A stretch of 59,910 nucleotides of DNA, the filler included. It is 6 parts of 6 records of this genome, joined end to end, with 100 filler letters (N's around TTAATTAATTAA, not from the genome) between each part and the next. Parts side by side here need not be neighbours in the genome. Positions count along the whole stretch, not along the records: positions 47,399 to 59,910 come from SRR2962707_3522; 5 more parts are not named here. One strand, written 5' to 3'. The translations under genes and the position numbers were made by a program. The notes beneath the pieces are model-generated. The model was not told the DNA's origin. It worked only from the letters and a program-made list of their open reading frames with translations, and ran no database searches. Positions 48,270-57,181 of the stretch are shown piece by piece (positions within the stretch are counted from its first letter, which is position 1; the number at the start of each line of letters is the position of its first letter).

Positions 48270-50513
48270 ATGGGCTTTTTACTGGTGAAATTGCGTCTAA
48301 CATGTTTGTTGTTACTAGCAGCCTGTTTTAGCTTAGAAGCTAATGAACAAACACAGCAGTTCCCTTGTAGCCATGTCAGCGAGCGTCCATGTGTTGCCTT
48401 AGTGCTTGGCGGCGGCGGTGCCCGTGGCGGCGCGCATATTGGTGTATTAAAAGCGCTTGAACAACAAGGCATAAAAATAGATGTCATTGTTGGAACCAGT
48501 ATTGGCTCGTTTGTTGGCGGGCTCTATGCCAGTGGACTCTCTGCGACGGAAATTGAACAACTTTTCTCTCAAGCAGATTGGAACACAGGTTACAAAGACG
48601 ATCTCAACCGCAGTGAGTTACCCAATCGGCGTAAGCAACATATTGATGACTTTCCTATCCAGCTTGATTTAGGGTTTGATGGCAAGCAACTAAAATTACC
48701 TCGCGGCATTATCCAAGGCCAAGGGATGAAAAAGCTGCTTGATGAAATGCTCGGTATTTACCCTATTTTTGGCTCATTTGATGATTTAACAATTCCTTTT
48801 CGCGCCATTGCTGCAGACGCACAAAGTGGTGAACAAGTAATACTAAGCCAAGGTGATTTAAGCAAAGCAATTCAAAGTTCTATGTCTATTCCCGGCTTGT
48901 TGCGCCCTATTGAACTCAACAACCAGCTTCTGGTAGACGGCGGAGTTGCTAACAACCTGCCTATCAGTGTGGCAAAAGAGTTGGGCGCCGATATTGTTAT
49001 TGCTGTCGATATTGGCTCTGCGACCTTAAATAAAGATGAACTCAATTCAAGTTTAAGCATTATCATGCAATTAACTGGCTTTTTAGTCACTAAAAATGTA
49101 AACCAACAAAAAAAGCTACTGACCAGTAATGATATTTATATCAAGCCAACACTCAACGATGTTGAAATGCTCGATTTTGAAAAAGTAACCTCAATCATTT
49201 CACAAGGTTACCAATCTGCCATTACTGCACTCGCTGACAGCACTGTCAGTAAACAGCTAGCTAATACCGCAGTGCCTGTTGAGCGCAAAACTGTTACCTT
49301 GTTTGAACAACCAGTCAACAGTGTCAAAATCACCAATAATAGTCGCTTAAATGATGACTATGTTGCTGAGCGCTTTGGGGTTAAGCCTGGTGAAAAAACC
49401 AGCCTCAGTGCTATTCAACAAGGCATTGATCGACTCTACGGCCAAGGCACATTAGTACGGGTAAATACCGCAATAGAGCAGCAAGAAGATAAACTGGATA
49501 TCGATCTTGAAGTTGAAGAAAAAGAATGGGGCCCAGGCTACTTAGATTTTAAATTATCATTTGAGGATACCTTTGAAACATTCAGCGAATATCAAATAGG
49601 CGCAGCTTATCGGTATACTAATTTATCGCCATACGGTGCACAGTGGTACACCAAGGCAATTATCGGCACTGAAAAAGAGCTGAGCTCAGAGCTATATTGG
49701 CCAATCAACACCAGTGGTTTTTATTGGCAAGTTGGCGGGAGTTTTCAAAGAGAAATTTTTTCGTACTATATAAACAACATTATATTAGGTGAGCTTACCG
49801 ATAGCCATACAGATTTTAGTGCAGGTCTTGGCTGGGACAAGTACGACAAACTGAATATTTTGTTTGGACCTAAGTACTCTGAAGGCACGCTCAAACTACC
49901 TGGCGTTTTTGATAACCAAACAGATAAAGATAGACTTGATTACCGTCAATATGGCGCAGTTTTTGAACTTAACTACGATAGTTTTGATCATGCCAGCTTC
50001 CCACGTTCAGGGAATAGACTAGATGCAAAAATAGAATACTTAAATTTCGATATTCTTGAACAATCAAGCTTTAGCACCAATTTAGGCATAGAATACAATA
50101 CTGTTTATTCAATAGGTTACCATAGCCTCAGAGGTCTTTTTCGCTATCAAAGTATTTTAGATACCGACCCAACTGCGCTGGTTGGTTTATCCTCTTTGGG
50201 CGGCTTTTTAAACTTATCTGGTAATCCGTTAGATACAATTTCAGGGCAACATGTACGCTTTATGAGTGTTATTTATACCTATGAATTGGTGTCGAATAAT
50301 TTTGGTGCTATTAACCTGCCCCTTTATTTAGGCACATCGCTTGAAGCGGGTAATGCTTGGCAAACTGAAAGTAATATTGATTATTCTGATTTGATTTACA
50401 GCAATAGTGTATTTTTAGGCTGGGATAGCCCAATTGGGCCTGCTTATTTGGCGTATGGTCAATCAACCACTGGAGATGAAAGCTTTTATCTATTTTTAGG
50501 TATTCCCTTTTAA
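48270..50513 (+). CDS. Patatin-like phospholipase with POTRA and beta-barrel (PlpD-like, type Vd autotransporter)
   Basis: Signal peptide; LGGGGARG oxyanion motif, GTSIG nucleophile, VDGG; POTRA-like VKITNNSRLNDDYV; C-terminal SPIGPAYLAYG...FLGIPF. Confidence 0.88.
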   Translation: MGFLLVKLRLTCLLLLAACFSLEANEQTQQFPCSHVSERPCVALVLGGGGARGGAHIGVLKALEQQGIKIDVIVGTSIGSFVGGLYASGLSATEIEQLFSQADWNTGYKDDLNRSELPNRRKQHIDDFPIQLDLGFDGKQLKLPRGIIQGQGMKKLLDEMLGIYPIFGSFDDLTIPFRAIAADAQSGEQVILSQGDLSKAIQSSMSIPGLLRPIELNNQLLVDGGVANNLPISVAKELGADIVIAVDIGSATLNKDELNSSLSIIMQLTGFLVTKNVNQQKKLLTSNDIYIKPTLNDVEMLDFEKVTSIISQGYQSAITALADSTVSKQLANTAVPVERKTVTLFEQPVNSVKITNNSRLNDDYVAERFGVKPGEKTSLSAIQQGIDRLYGQGTLVRVNTAIEQQEDKLDIDLEVEEKEWGPGYLDFKLSFEDTFETFSEYQIGAAYRYTNLSPYGAQWYTKAIIGTEKELSSELYWPINTSGFYWQVGGSFQREIFSYYINNIILGELTDSHTDFSAGLGWDKYDKLNILFGPKYSEGTLKLPGVFDNQTDKDRLDYRQYGAVFELNYDSFDHASFPRSGNRLDAKIEYLNFDILEQSSFSTNLGIEYNTVYSIGYHSLRGLFRYQSILDTDPTALVGLSSLGGFLNLSGNPLDTISGQHVRFMSVIYTYELVSNNFGAINLPLYLGTSLEAGNAWQTESNIDYSDLIYSNSVFLGWDSPIGPAYLAYGQSTTGDESFYLFLGIPF

Positions 50514-50537
50514 AATAGCGCCATAAGTGGCGCTATT
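50514..50537. terminator. Hairpin terminator between convergent genes
   Basis: aatagcgcca-taag-tggcgctatt. Confidence 0.75.
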
Positions 50538-50569
50538 CGTACTAAGTAAATGCTATTATCACATCGTGA

Positions 50570-51241
50570 TTATTTGGCAATCCATGGCGTCACTTTTAGC
50601 AATGGTGTAGAGATAGCAAATGCGGTTTTATCATCTTGCCATTGCTCATCGACACTAACATGACAAACCGATTCTTGACAGTCAAAAGCAGGATCCGCGA
50701 TAGTTACTGTTGAAGCAAATGTCAGTACCACCCCTTTTTGCTCCGGTAATAAAAAGCTCATTAATTTACTGACAAAGAAGCCAGACAAGTCAGAAAGTAA
50801 CTCATCAAACTCGCCGTCAAGCTGGTATAACTGGTGCTTATTTAGATTACTGTTAGTGAACTCGCGAGCTTCTATTTGCAGCTTTAACTGGCAATCGTGG
50901 TTTTCATTTTGTGGCTCGATAACAACCACTGCCTTGTTTGTATCAAGTTGTTTATCGTACGGTAATAATAACTGAGCTTGCTCTGTGTAATTGAGTGGAA
51001 ACTCTTCGCGCTCAGTTATGATACGCCCTGATTTGATGGTGCATACTTCATTAGTGGCAATATCATTAATGTAGAAATTGACTTGAGCAAATTGAAAATC
51101 ACCTTTATTAACTACTTTTAAACGGTCGTAAAAACCATCATAAGAGACCACAAATTCTTTTGCTTGGACACTAAAACTTGCCATAAATACAATGGCAATA
51201 GCCATCATATAGTTAACACATCGTACTGGATTATTCATCAA
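50570..51241 (-). CDS. DUF2987-family exported protein
   Basis: Signal peptide ending SVQA; YDGFYDRLK motif; start overlaps the upstream gene's stop. Confidence 0.65.
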   Translation of the reverse strand: MMNNPVRCVNYMMAIAIVFMASFSVQAKEFVVSYDGFYDRLKVVNKGDFQFAQVNFYINDIATNEVCTIKSGRIITEREEFPLNYTEQAQLLLPYDKQLDTNKAVVVIEPQNENHDCQLKLQIEAREFTNSNLNKHQLYQLDGEFDELLSDLSGFFVSKLMSFLLPEQKGVVLTFASTVTIADPAFDCQESVCHVSVDEQWQDDKTAFAISTPLLKVTPWIAK

Positions 51242-52037
51242 AGTAAGCTCTATTTTGGTTGATCATTTGATTTAATTCTTCGATATACGCTTCACCGCGC
51301 TCAGAATAAGACGTTAATCCGTAGCTGAGATCAGTTGCAGAAATTGGTTTTTGTTGCATTCGTAAATCAGCTCGAATAGTGCGTAACTGCTTATAGGCTG
51401 CATGGGTATTTATATTTTTAAAATATGAATTGACTGCTGCACGAACTGATTTAAATGCGGCCACTTCATGTTCCGCACCACTATTACGACGATTCGGCAC
51501 CATGCCGCAGCCTTTGCTGTAACACCATTGGCCAAAAAAGTTTAAACCAATGCGAGCAAACCTAGATGTACCCCAAGCAGATTCATTGGCCGCTTGCATA
51601 AGAGCTAACTCTTTAGGAATAATATCAACTCGGCGCAATGCTTGACGCAACGATAAACTATCAACCGTTGTCGGTAATTTATAGCTATTTAAAATTGTTT
51701 TGACTTGCTTAGTTTGTGCGCTGCTTAATGGTTCATCATATTGCAGCATCATTAAAGCAATTTCTAATATAGCCCGTTGTTGTAAAATTTTCTTATTTTC
51801 GGCTTCAACATGTGGGCGTATAAAATTAAAAAAAGCATGTTTTTTTTCTTTCACATCAGTAAAACCATCAAAATCAGGGAGTTTTACAGAGTGTAGTGGT
51901 TTTTCTGGTTTTTTAATTGGGGGTTTAGTTGCAATTGTTTCACTGTCAATTAATGAAGTCGATTTTTCTATGAATGGGTAACTCAACGCCCAGATAAAAA
52001 ATAGGCTAACAATTAAACGAAAAAGGAACTTAAGCAT
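51231..52037 (-). CDS. Bax-like glucosaminidase (GH73) domain protein
   Basis: N-terminal TM; LPDF..KEKKHAFF, VDIIPKELALMQAANESAWGTSRFA..NFFGQWC, NINTHAAY, YSERGEAY. Likely start MLKF at 52037. Confidence 0.85.
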   Translation of the reverse strand: MLKFLFRLIVSLFFIWALSYPFIEKSTSLIDSETIATKPPIKKPEKPLHSVKLPDFDGFTDVKEKKHAFFNFIRPHVEAENKKILQQRAILEIALMMLQYDEPLSSAQTKQVKTILNSYKLPTTVDSLSLRQALRRVDIIPKELALMQAANESAWGTSRFARIGLNFFGQWCYSKGCGMVPNRRNSGAEHEVAAFKSVRAAVNSYFKNINTHAAYKQLRTIRADLRMQQKPISATDLSYGLTSYSERGEAYIEELNQMINQNRAYFDE

Positions 52038-52213
52038 GTATTCTCTCAAAAAAACTAACATATATGCATGGTCTATCCACACGCATGTGACTGGGCATTA
52101 TACCTAACCCCTCAAATAAAGGCGAATATCACCATCTGAATGATTTATAATCTAAAAAAATCGGCTACAATTAAGCTCATATAAACCTTGAAGAAGTTTT
52201 GGATATTCATTTC

Positions 52214-53503
52214 ATGGAATTAGATTGGCAAAGCCGTATTATTGATCAAAAGAAACACCGCCCTAATGATAACCGTTCACCTTGGCAGGTGGACCGTTCT
52301 CGTATAATCCACGCTGCAGCATTTAGACGCTTGCAGGCTAAAACGCAGATAATGGGCATTGGCTTAAATGATTTTCATCGTACACGGTTAACCCACTCAT
52401 TAGAGGTATCACAAATTGGCAGTGGTTTACTTCGCCATCTAGAAAAGCAACACCCAGACTTTACTCACTTTCCCGACCCCAGTTTACTTGAAACTCTGTG
52501 CTTAGCCCATGACATAGGTCACCCTCCGTATGGCCATGGTGGCGAAATTGCGCTTAACTATATGATGCGAGAGCACGGCGGTTTTGAAGGTAATGCACAG
52601 ACATTGCGGATTGTGTCAAAGTTAGAACCATACAGTGATGGCAACGGCATGAATTTAACGCGACGTACTCTGCTTGGCTTTATTAAGTACCCTGCTTTTA
52701 TTGATGATTTATGGCATACCATCCCAAACCACGATCCCAAACGAACATTTATCAAAGCAGATGACTGGCGCCCAGCAAAGGGATTATATATTGATGATAA
52801 AGCGACGTTTGACTGGATTTTAGCTCCCTTATCAGCTGCAGATAAACAACGTTTAGGGCACTTTAATGCAATTGATGAATTTAGATCTAAAACCAGTTTT
52901 AAGTCCCTTGATGCCGCCATTATGGAACTTGCCGATGATATAGCCTATGCGGTGCATGATCTCGAAGATGCCATAGCAACGGAGCAAATCACCCTAAAAG
53001 AATGGCAAAACCATGCTTTACCAGCACTTTCGCAAGTAGATTACGAGTGGCTAATAGATAGTCAATTAACAGAGCGGTTATTTTTAGGCAGTGAAGCACA
53101 ACGAAAAGATGTAATAGGTGAATTAGTAAACTTATTTATTACTCAATCTGCAATTTCACACACTGAGTTTGCATTTGATAACCCCGTTTTAAATTACACT
53201 GTGGTACTACCAGAGTGTTATCAGCAGTTACTCGATGCCTTAAAGTCATTTATTTACCAACGACTGATACGTGCATCACATATGCAACAAATTGAATTTA
53301 AAGGGCAAAAATTAATCATCGAATTATTTGAAGCTTTTGCCTGTGAGCCCTTACGGCTATTGCCCGAAACTACAGCGAACATATTTCGCCAAGTAAAACA
53401 ACAAAATGGCAATACGCAACGGGTTATTTGTGATTACCTAAGTGGAATGACAGACGAATATGCGTTTAAAACGCATCAGCGTCTGTTTTCAAGTAATAAT
53501 TAA
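52214..53503 (+). CDS. dgt: dGTP triphosphohydrolase-like HD-domain protein
   Basis: DRSRIIHAAAFRRLQAKTQ, RTRLTHSLEV, AHDIGHPPYGHGGE, FEGNAQ, ADDIAYAVHDLEDA, DYLSGMTD. Confidence 0.92.
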   Translation: MELDWQSRIIDQKKHRPNDNRSPWQVDRSRIIHAAAFRRLQAKTQIMGIGLNDFHRTRLTHSLEVSQIGSGLLRHLEKQHPDFTHFPDPSLLETLCLAHDIGHPPYGHGGEIALNYMMREHGGFEGNAQTLRIVSKLEPYSDGNGMNLTRRTLLGFIKYPAFIDDLWHTIPNHDPKRTFIKADDWRPAKGLYIDDKATFDWILAPLSAADKQRLGHFNAIDEFRSKTSFKSLDAAIMELADDIAYAVHDLEDAIATEQITLKEWQNHALPALSQVDYEWLIDSQLTERLFLGSEAQRKDVIGELVNLFITQSAISHTEFAFDNPVLNYTVVLPECYQQLLDALKSFIYQRLIRASHMQQIEFKGQKLIIELFEAFACEPLRLLPETTANIFRQVKQQNGNTQRVICDYLSGMTDEYAFKTHQRLFSSNN

Positions 53504-53592
53504 AACTCAATGTACCTAAAGCTATACAATATTTTTAGCTTGGTCTAGCATTAGGTCGATTTATAGAAACTGCAATAATCAAGGATCGTACA

Positions 53593-54687
53593 ATGAAACT
53601 ATTGCCAATTGCACTGGCTGTCGCCTCCATAAGCACATTTACTTGTTTTGCGAAGGCACAATCACCCGATGTTTTCTTAGATGAGCAACATTCGGTTGTA
53701 AAAGATACTGAAAAATACGACTGGGTGAGGTTAACGTCCGGTGAATGGCTTAAAGGTGATATAACAGCCTATTACGATAAGCAACTTGAGTTTGAAAGTG
53801 ATGTACTCGATACCTTAATAATTGACCGTGATGATATCTACATGGTGATTTCTGGTCGTAACCATGCCGTTAGATTTAACGACGGTACCGTACTCGAAGG
53901 CCCCCTTAATATCTCCGGTGGCTATGTGATGGTCGGCATGGGCCGCCCAGATCAATACAAATACAGTGACTTAGTCTCGGTTGCCCCCACAGCAGACTCA
54001 GCTTTAAGTGCCTGGAGTATAAAGGTCGGTATAGGTGCAAATATTAGTAAGGGTAACACTGAACAAACAGAATACTCGGCATCGGTGGATATCAAGCGCA
54101 GAACCGCCACTAATAGACTGTTAATAAACGCCTTAGCGGATAGAACCACTAATGACAGTGAAATTACCGAAAACAATATGAGAGCCAGCGGCACATTTGA
54201 CTGGTTTTATACTCAATCACTTTACTTTAGACCGATATCTTTTGACTACTTCCGTGACCCATTTCAAAATATTGCTCACAAATATACAATTGGTGCCGGT
54301 ATCGGTTATTACATAATTGATACTGATAAAACCGAGTGGGATATTGGTATGGGTCCTTCTTATCAACACACCGAATTTGATGCTGTACAAGAAGGCGCTG
54401 ATACACAGAACTCCTCTAACTCATTTTATTTAGAATCGCATTATGAATACGAACTAACTTCAGACATTGACCTTTCATTTGACTATAAATTTACTTTCGC
54501 AGAAACAGCTGCTGGAGGTAATGCCCAAGCTGCCAAAGCCGGTGCTTCATTTGATGTTACCGACGACATCGACTTTGACGTTTCATTTGTTTGGGATCAC
54601 TTAAAATCGCCTATCGCTAATGCGGATGGCACTATCCCAGAAAATGACGATTACAAAATGGTCGTACAGTTAGGTATAGAACTTTAA
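53593..54687 (+). CDS. DUF481 outer-membrane beta-barrel protein with N-terminal extension
   Basis: AAGGA RBS; signal peptide; DWVRLTSGEWLKG N-domain; GANISKGNT, DPFQNI..GAGIGY barrel strands. Confidence 0.8.
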   Translation: MKLLPIALAVASISTFTCFAKAQSPDVFLDEQHSVVKDTEKYDWVRLTSGEWLKGDITAYYDKQLEFESDVLDTLIIDRDDIYMVISGRNHAVRFNDGTVLEGPLNISGGYVMVGMGRPDQYKYSDLVSVAPTADSALSAWSIKVGIGANISKGNTEQTEYSASVDIKRRTATNRLLINALADRTTNDSEITENNMRASGTFDWFYTQSLYFRPISFDYFRDPFQNIAHKYTIGAGIGYYIIDTDKTEWDIGMGPSYQHTEFDAVQEGADTQNSSNSFYLESHYEYELTSDIDLSFDYKFTFAETAAGGNAQAAKAGASFDVTDDIDFDVSFVWDHLKSPIANADGTIPENDDYKMVVQLGIEL

Positions 54688-54691
54688 GGAT

Positions 54692-56095
54692 ATGCAGATG
54701 AAAACATTTCGTCGCTCAATTTGTAGTAGTGCCATCGTCGCCATATTATGTATACAACCTGTGTTTGCTAACGAAACAGAACAACGCCTTGATAAACTAG
54801 AAAAGCGTTTAGCGGAACTAGAGCAGCAAGTTGCCCAAAAAGATCGCAAAATTGAGCAATTAGAGCGAGAAACCGCGGTAACTGCACGCGTTGCAGATCA
54901 AGCAGCAGAAGTGGCCATTTCATCGGCTTTATTTGCGCGCTTTTTAGAAAGGCCAAGCCATCAATTTGACGCACCAGATAAAAGTATTGAACTCACAAAC
55001 TCTGATACCACCTTACAAATTGGTGGTCAAATTTGGTTAGATGCAATCTACAACAGTGGCGAAATGACCAATAGAGCGGGATTCCAACCATCATCAATTT
55101 CCTATGATGAAGGCGTAACACAAGACAAAACAACCCTTAGCGCAGGCCAATCTAACTTATTCGTTAACAGCTCAACCCCCACCCAATATGGCGCCATGAC
55201 CACCCGCTTTGGTGTTGATTTATTTGACTCACAAGGTAATGCTAAATTTAATCTTACGCATTTGTGGGGAGAGCTCGGTAATTGGGGGGCTGGGCAAACG
55301 TTTTCTGGTTTTATGGACATAGATGCGTTTCCAAATATCATGGATTATTGGGGCCCAAATTCAGTGGTCTTCGCGCGCCAACCGCAGCTGCGCTATAACT
55401 TGCGTACCAACGCTGATGATAAGTTCATGTTCACCATTGAAAAGTCAGATGCTGATTTAGCTCTGCCTAATTTTGTTGCGGGTAATGACTTTTTATATAT
55501 AGAACAAAATGACTTACCGGATATTACTGCCAGCTACATCAATGGCTTTGCAAAAGGCTACATTAAATCATCGATTATTTTGCGCCAACTTGGCTATGAG
55601 ACCAGTAGTAGCGATGACAAGGTGATTGGCTGGGGTATTAACGTCTCGGGTAAATACGCAATAGACCGCAAAAACACCCTAAAATATCAGCTTACTCATG
55701 GCGAGGGCATCGGCCGCTATGTCAATGATGCGTGCTGCAGTTATTATGCAGATGGCACTGCGGATGGCGTTGCAACAGGTGGCAGTGATGCGGGAATCGA
55801 TATTAATGGAAAACTGCAAGCAATCCCAATCACCGTTGGCTACGCCTATTTAGATCACCAATGGAGTGATAAATACACCAGCTCTATCGGTTTTGGCTAC
55901 GTTGATATCGATAATATTACCTCACAACGCAGTCGCGCGCTTAGTAACTCACTCTATTCAAACGTAAATGTTATTTGGAACCCCACTGCAATGTCGAGAG
56001 TAGGCGTTGAATTACAATACGGTAAAGTTGAAAGTTTTGGTGCGGAAGATGCGGATAACGTAAGGCTACAAACATCAATTGGTTTTAAATATTAA
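54692..56095 (+). CDS. DcaP-family trimeric outer-membrane porin
   Basis: Signal peptide, N-terminal coiled coil, IGGQIWLDAIY, GQTFSGFMD..FPNIMDYWGPN..RQPQLRY, GEGIGRY, terminal aromatic (FKY). Confidence 0.85.
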   Translation: MQMKTFRRSICSSAIVAILCIQPVFANETEQRLDKLEKRLAELEQQVAQKDRKIEQLERETAVTARVADQAAEVAISSALFARFLERPSHQFDAPDKSIELTNSDTTLQIGGQIWLDAIYNSGEMTNRAGFQPSSISYDEGVTQDKTTLSAGQSNLFVNSSTPTQYGAMTTRFGVDLFDSQGNAKFNLTHLWGELGNWGAGQTFSGFMDIDAFPNIMDYWGPNSVVFARQPQLRYNLRTNADDKFMFTIEKSDADLALPNFVAGNDFLYIEQNDLPDITASYINGFAKGYIKSSIILRQLGYETSSSDDKVIGWGINVSGKYAIDRKNTLKYQLTHGEGIGRYVNDACCSYYADGTADGVATGGSDAGIDINGKLQAIPITVGYAYLDHQWSDKYTSSIGFGYVDIDNITSQRSRALSNSLYSNVNVIWNPTAMSRVGVELQYGKVESFGAEDADNVRLQTSIGFKY

Positions 56096-56107
56096 TAAGG
56101 AAGTACC

Positions 56108-57106
56108 ATGATGACAAAATTGCAAGCCTGTTTGATAGCTCTGTTTTTGGTTGTAGTAACGCCAAGTTATGCTAAGGCCCCTCCTTCAGAGTCACAATTT
56201 GAACAAGTTCTCAATACTGCACATGCTTTATATAAAGATGTACAAGAAGGCGAAAATGCAGATTACATTCCTGCTTTAGCTAAAGTTGATGCAAACTTGT
56301 TTGGCATTGCTTTAGTTACGGCAAAAGGCAAAGTGTATACCAAAGGGGATATTGCTACTGAGTTTTCAATTCAGTCAATCTCTAAAGTATTTACGCTCTC
56401 ATTAGCCATGGAACAACAAGGCGCAGATGCTATCCAAGAAAAAATTGGCGTAAATGCAACCGGATTGCCATTTAATTCAGTAACGGCCATTGAGCTTAAT
56501 CAAGCACGAGCAGTAAACCCCTTGGTTAACGCAGGCGCCATGGCAACTGTGAGCTTGCTCGACGGCGATACAGATAAACAAAAGTGGGATTCAATTTCGC
56601 ATTGGTATAATGACTTTGCCAACCGAAAGTTAACGGTGCTTGATGATATTTATCAGTCAGAATCAGCAACCAACGGCCACAACCGGGCAATTGCTGAATT
56701 ATTAAAATCTTATGACCGCTTTTATGGTGACGTAGATTTAGCGCTCGATGTATACACTCGCCAATGCTCTGTTGGGGTGACCACAAAAGATTTAGCTATG
56801 ATGGCTTCGGTGCTAGCAAATGCAGGCGTGCACTCTATCACAGGGAAAAAGCTGATGGAGCCTGAAAACGTCTCCCGTGTTTTGGCGGTAATGACCACAG
56901 CGGGCCTATATGAAACCAGCGGTGATTGGGCTTACCAAGTGGGTCTGCCAGCAAAAAGTGGCGTGGGCGGTGGGATCATTGCAGTTGTGCCAGGTAAATT
57001 CGCCATTGCGGTATTTTCACCAAAATTAGATAAAGCGGGTAACAGTGTACGTGCACAACTTGCTATTGATTACATTGCAGACAAAGTAGATGTAAAAATC
57101 TTTTAA
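56108..57106 (+). CDS. glsA: Glutaminase with predicted Sec signal peptide
   Basis: ADYIPAL, catalytic QSISK (SxxK), ATGLPFNS, NPLVNAGA, GLYETSG, LPAKSGVGGG, FSPKLDKAGNSVR; hydrophobic leader MMTKLQACLIALFLVVVTPSYA. Confidence 0.92.
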   Translation: MMTKLQACLIALFLVVVTPSYAKAPPSESQFEQVLNTAHALYKDVQEGENADYIPALAKVDANLFGIALVTAKGKVYTKGDIATEFSIQSISKVFTLSLAMEQQGADAIQEKIGVNATGLPFNSVTAIELNQARAVNPLVNAGAMATVSLLDGDTDKQKWDSISHWYNDFANRKLTVLDDIYQSESATNGHNRAIAELLKSYDRFYGDVDLALDVYTRQCSVGVTTKDLAMMASVLANAGVHSITGKKLMEPENVSRVLAVMTTAGLYETSGDWAYQVGLPAKSGVGGGIIAVVPGKFAIAVFSPKLDKAGNSVRAQLAIDYIADKVDVKIF

Positions 57107-57112
57107 ACGATC

Positions 57113-57144
57113 AAAAAATGCCGCAGCGGGTGCTGCGGCATTTT
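57113..57144. terminator. Bidirectional rho-independent terminator
   Basis: aaaaaatgccgcagc-gggt-gctgcggcatttt between convergent glsA and the peptidase. Confidence 0.88.
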
Positions 57145-57181
57145 ATAAATCATGACTTAAAAGAAGTTCATCTTCCTTCCC

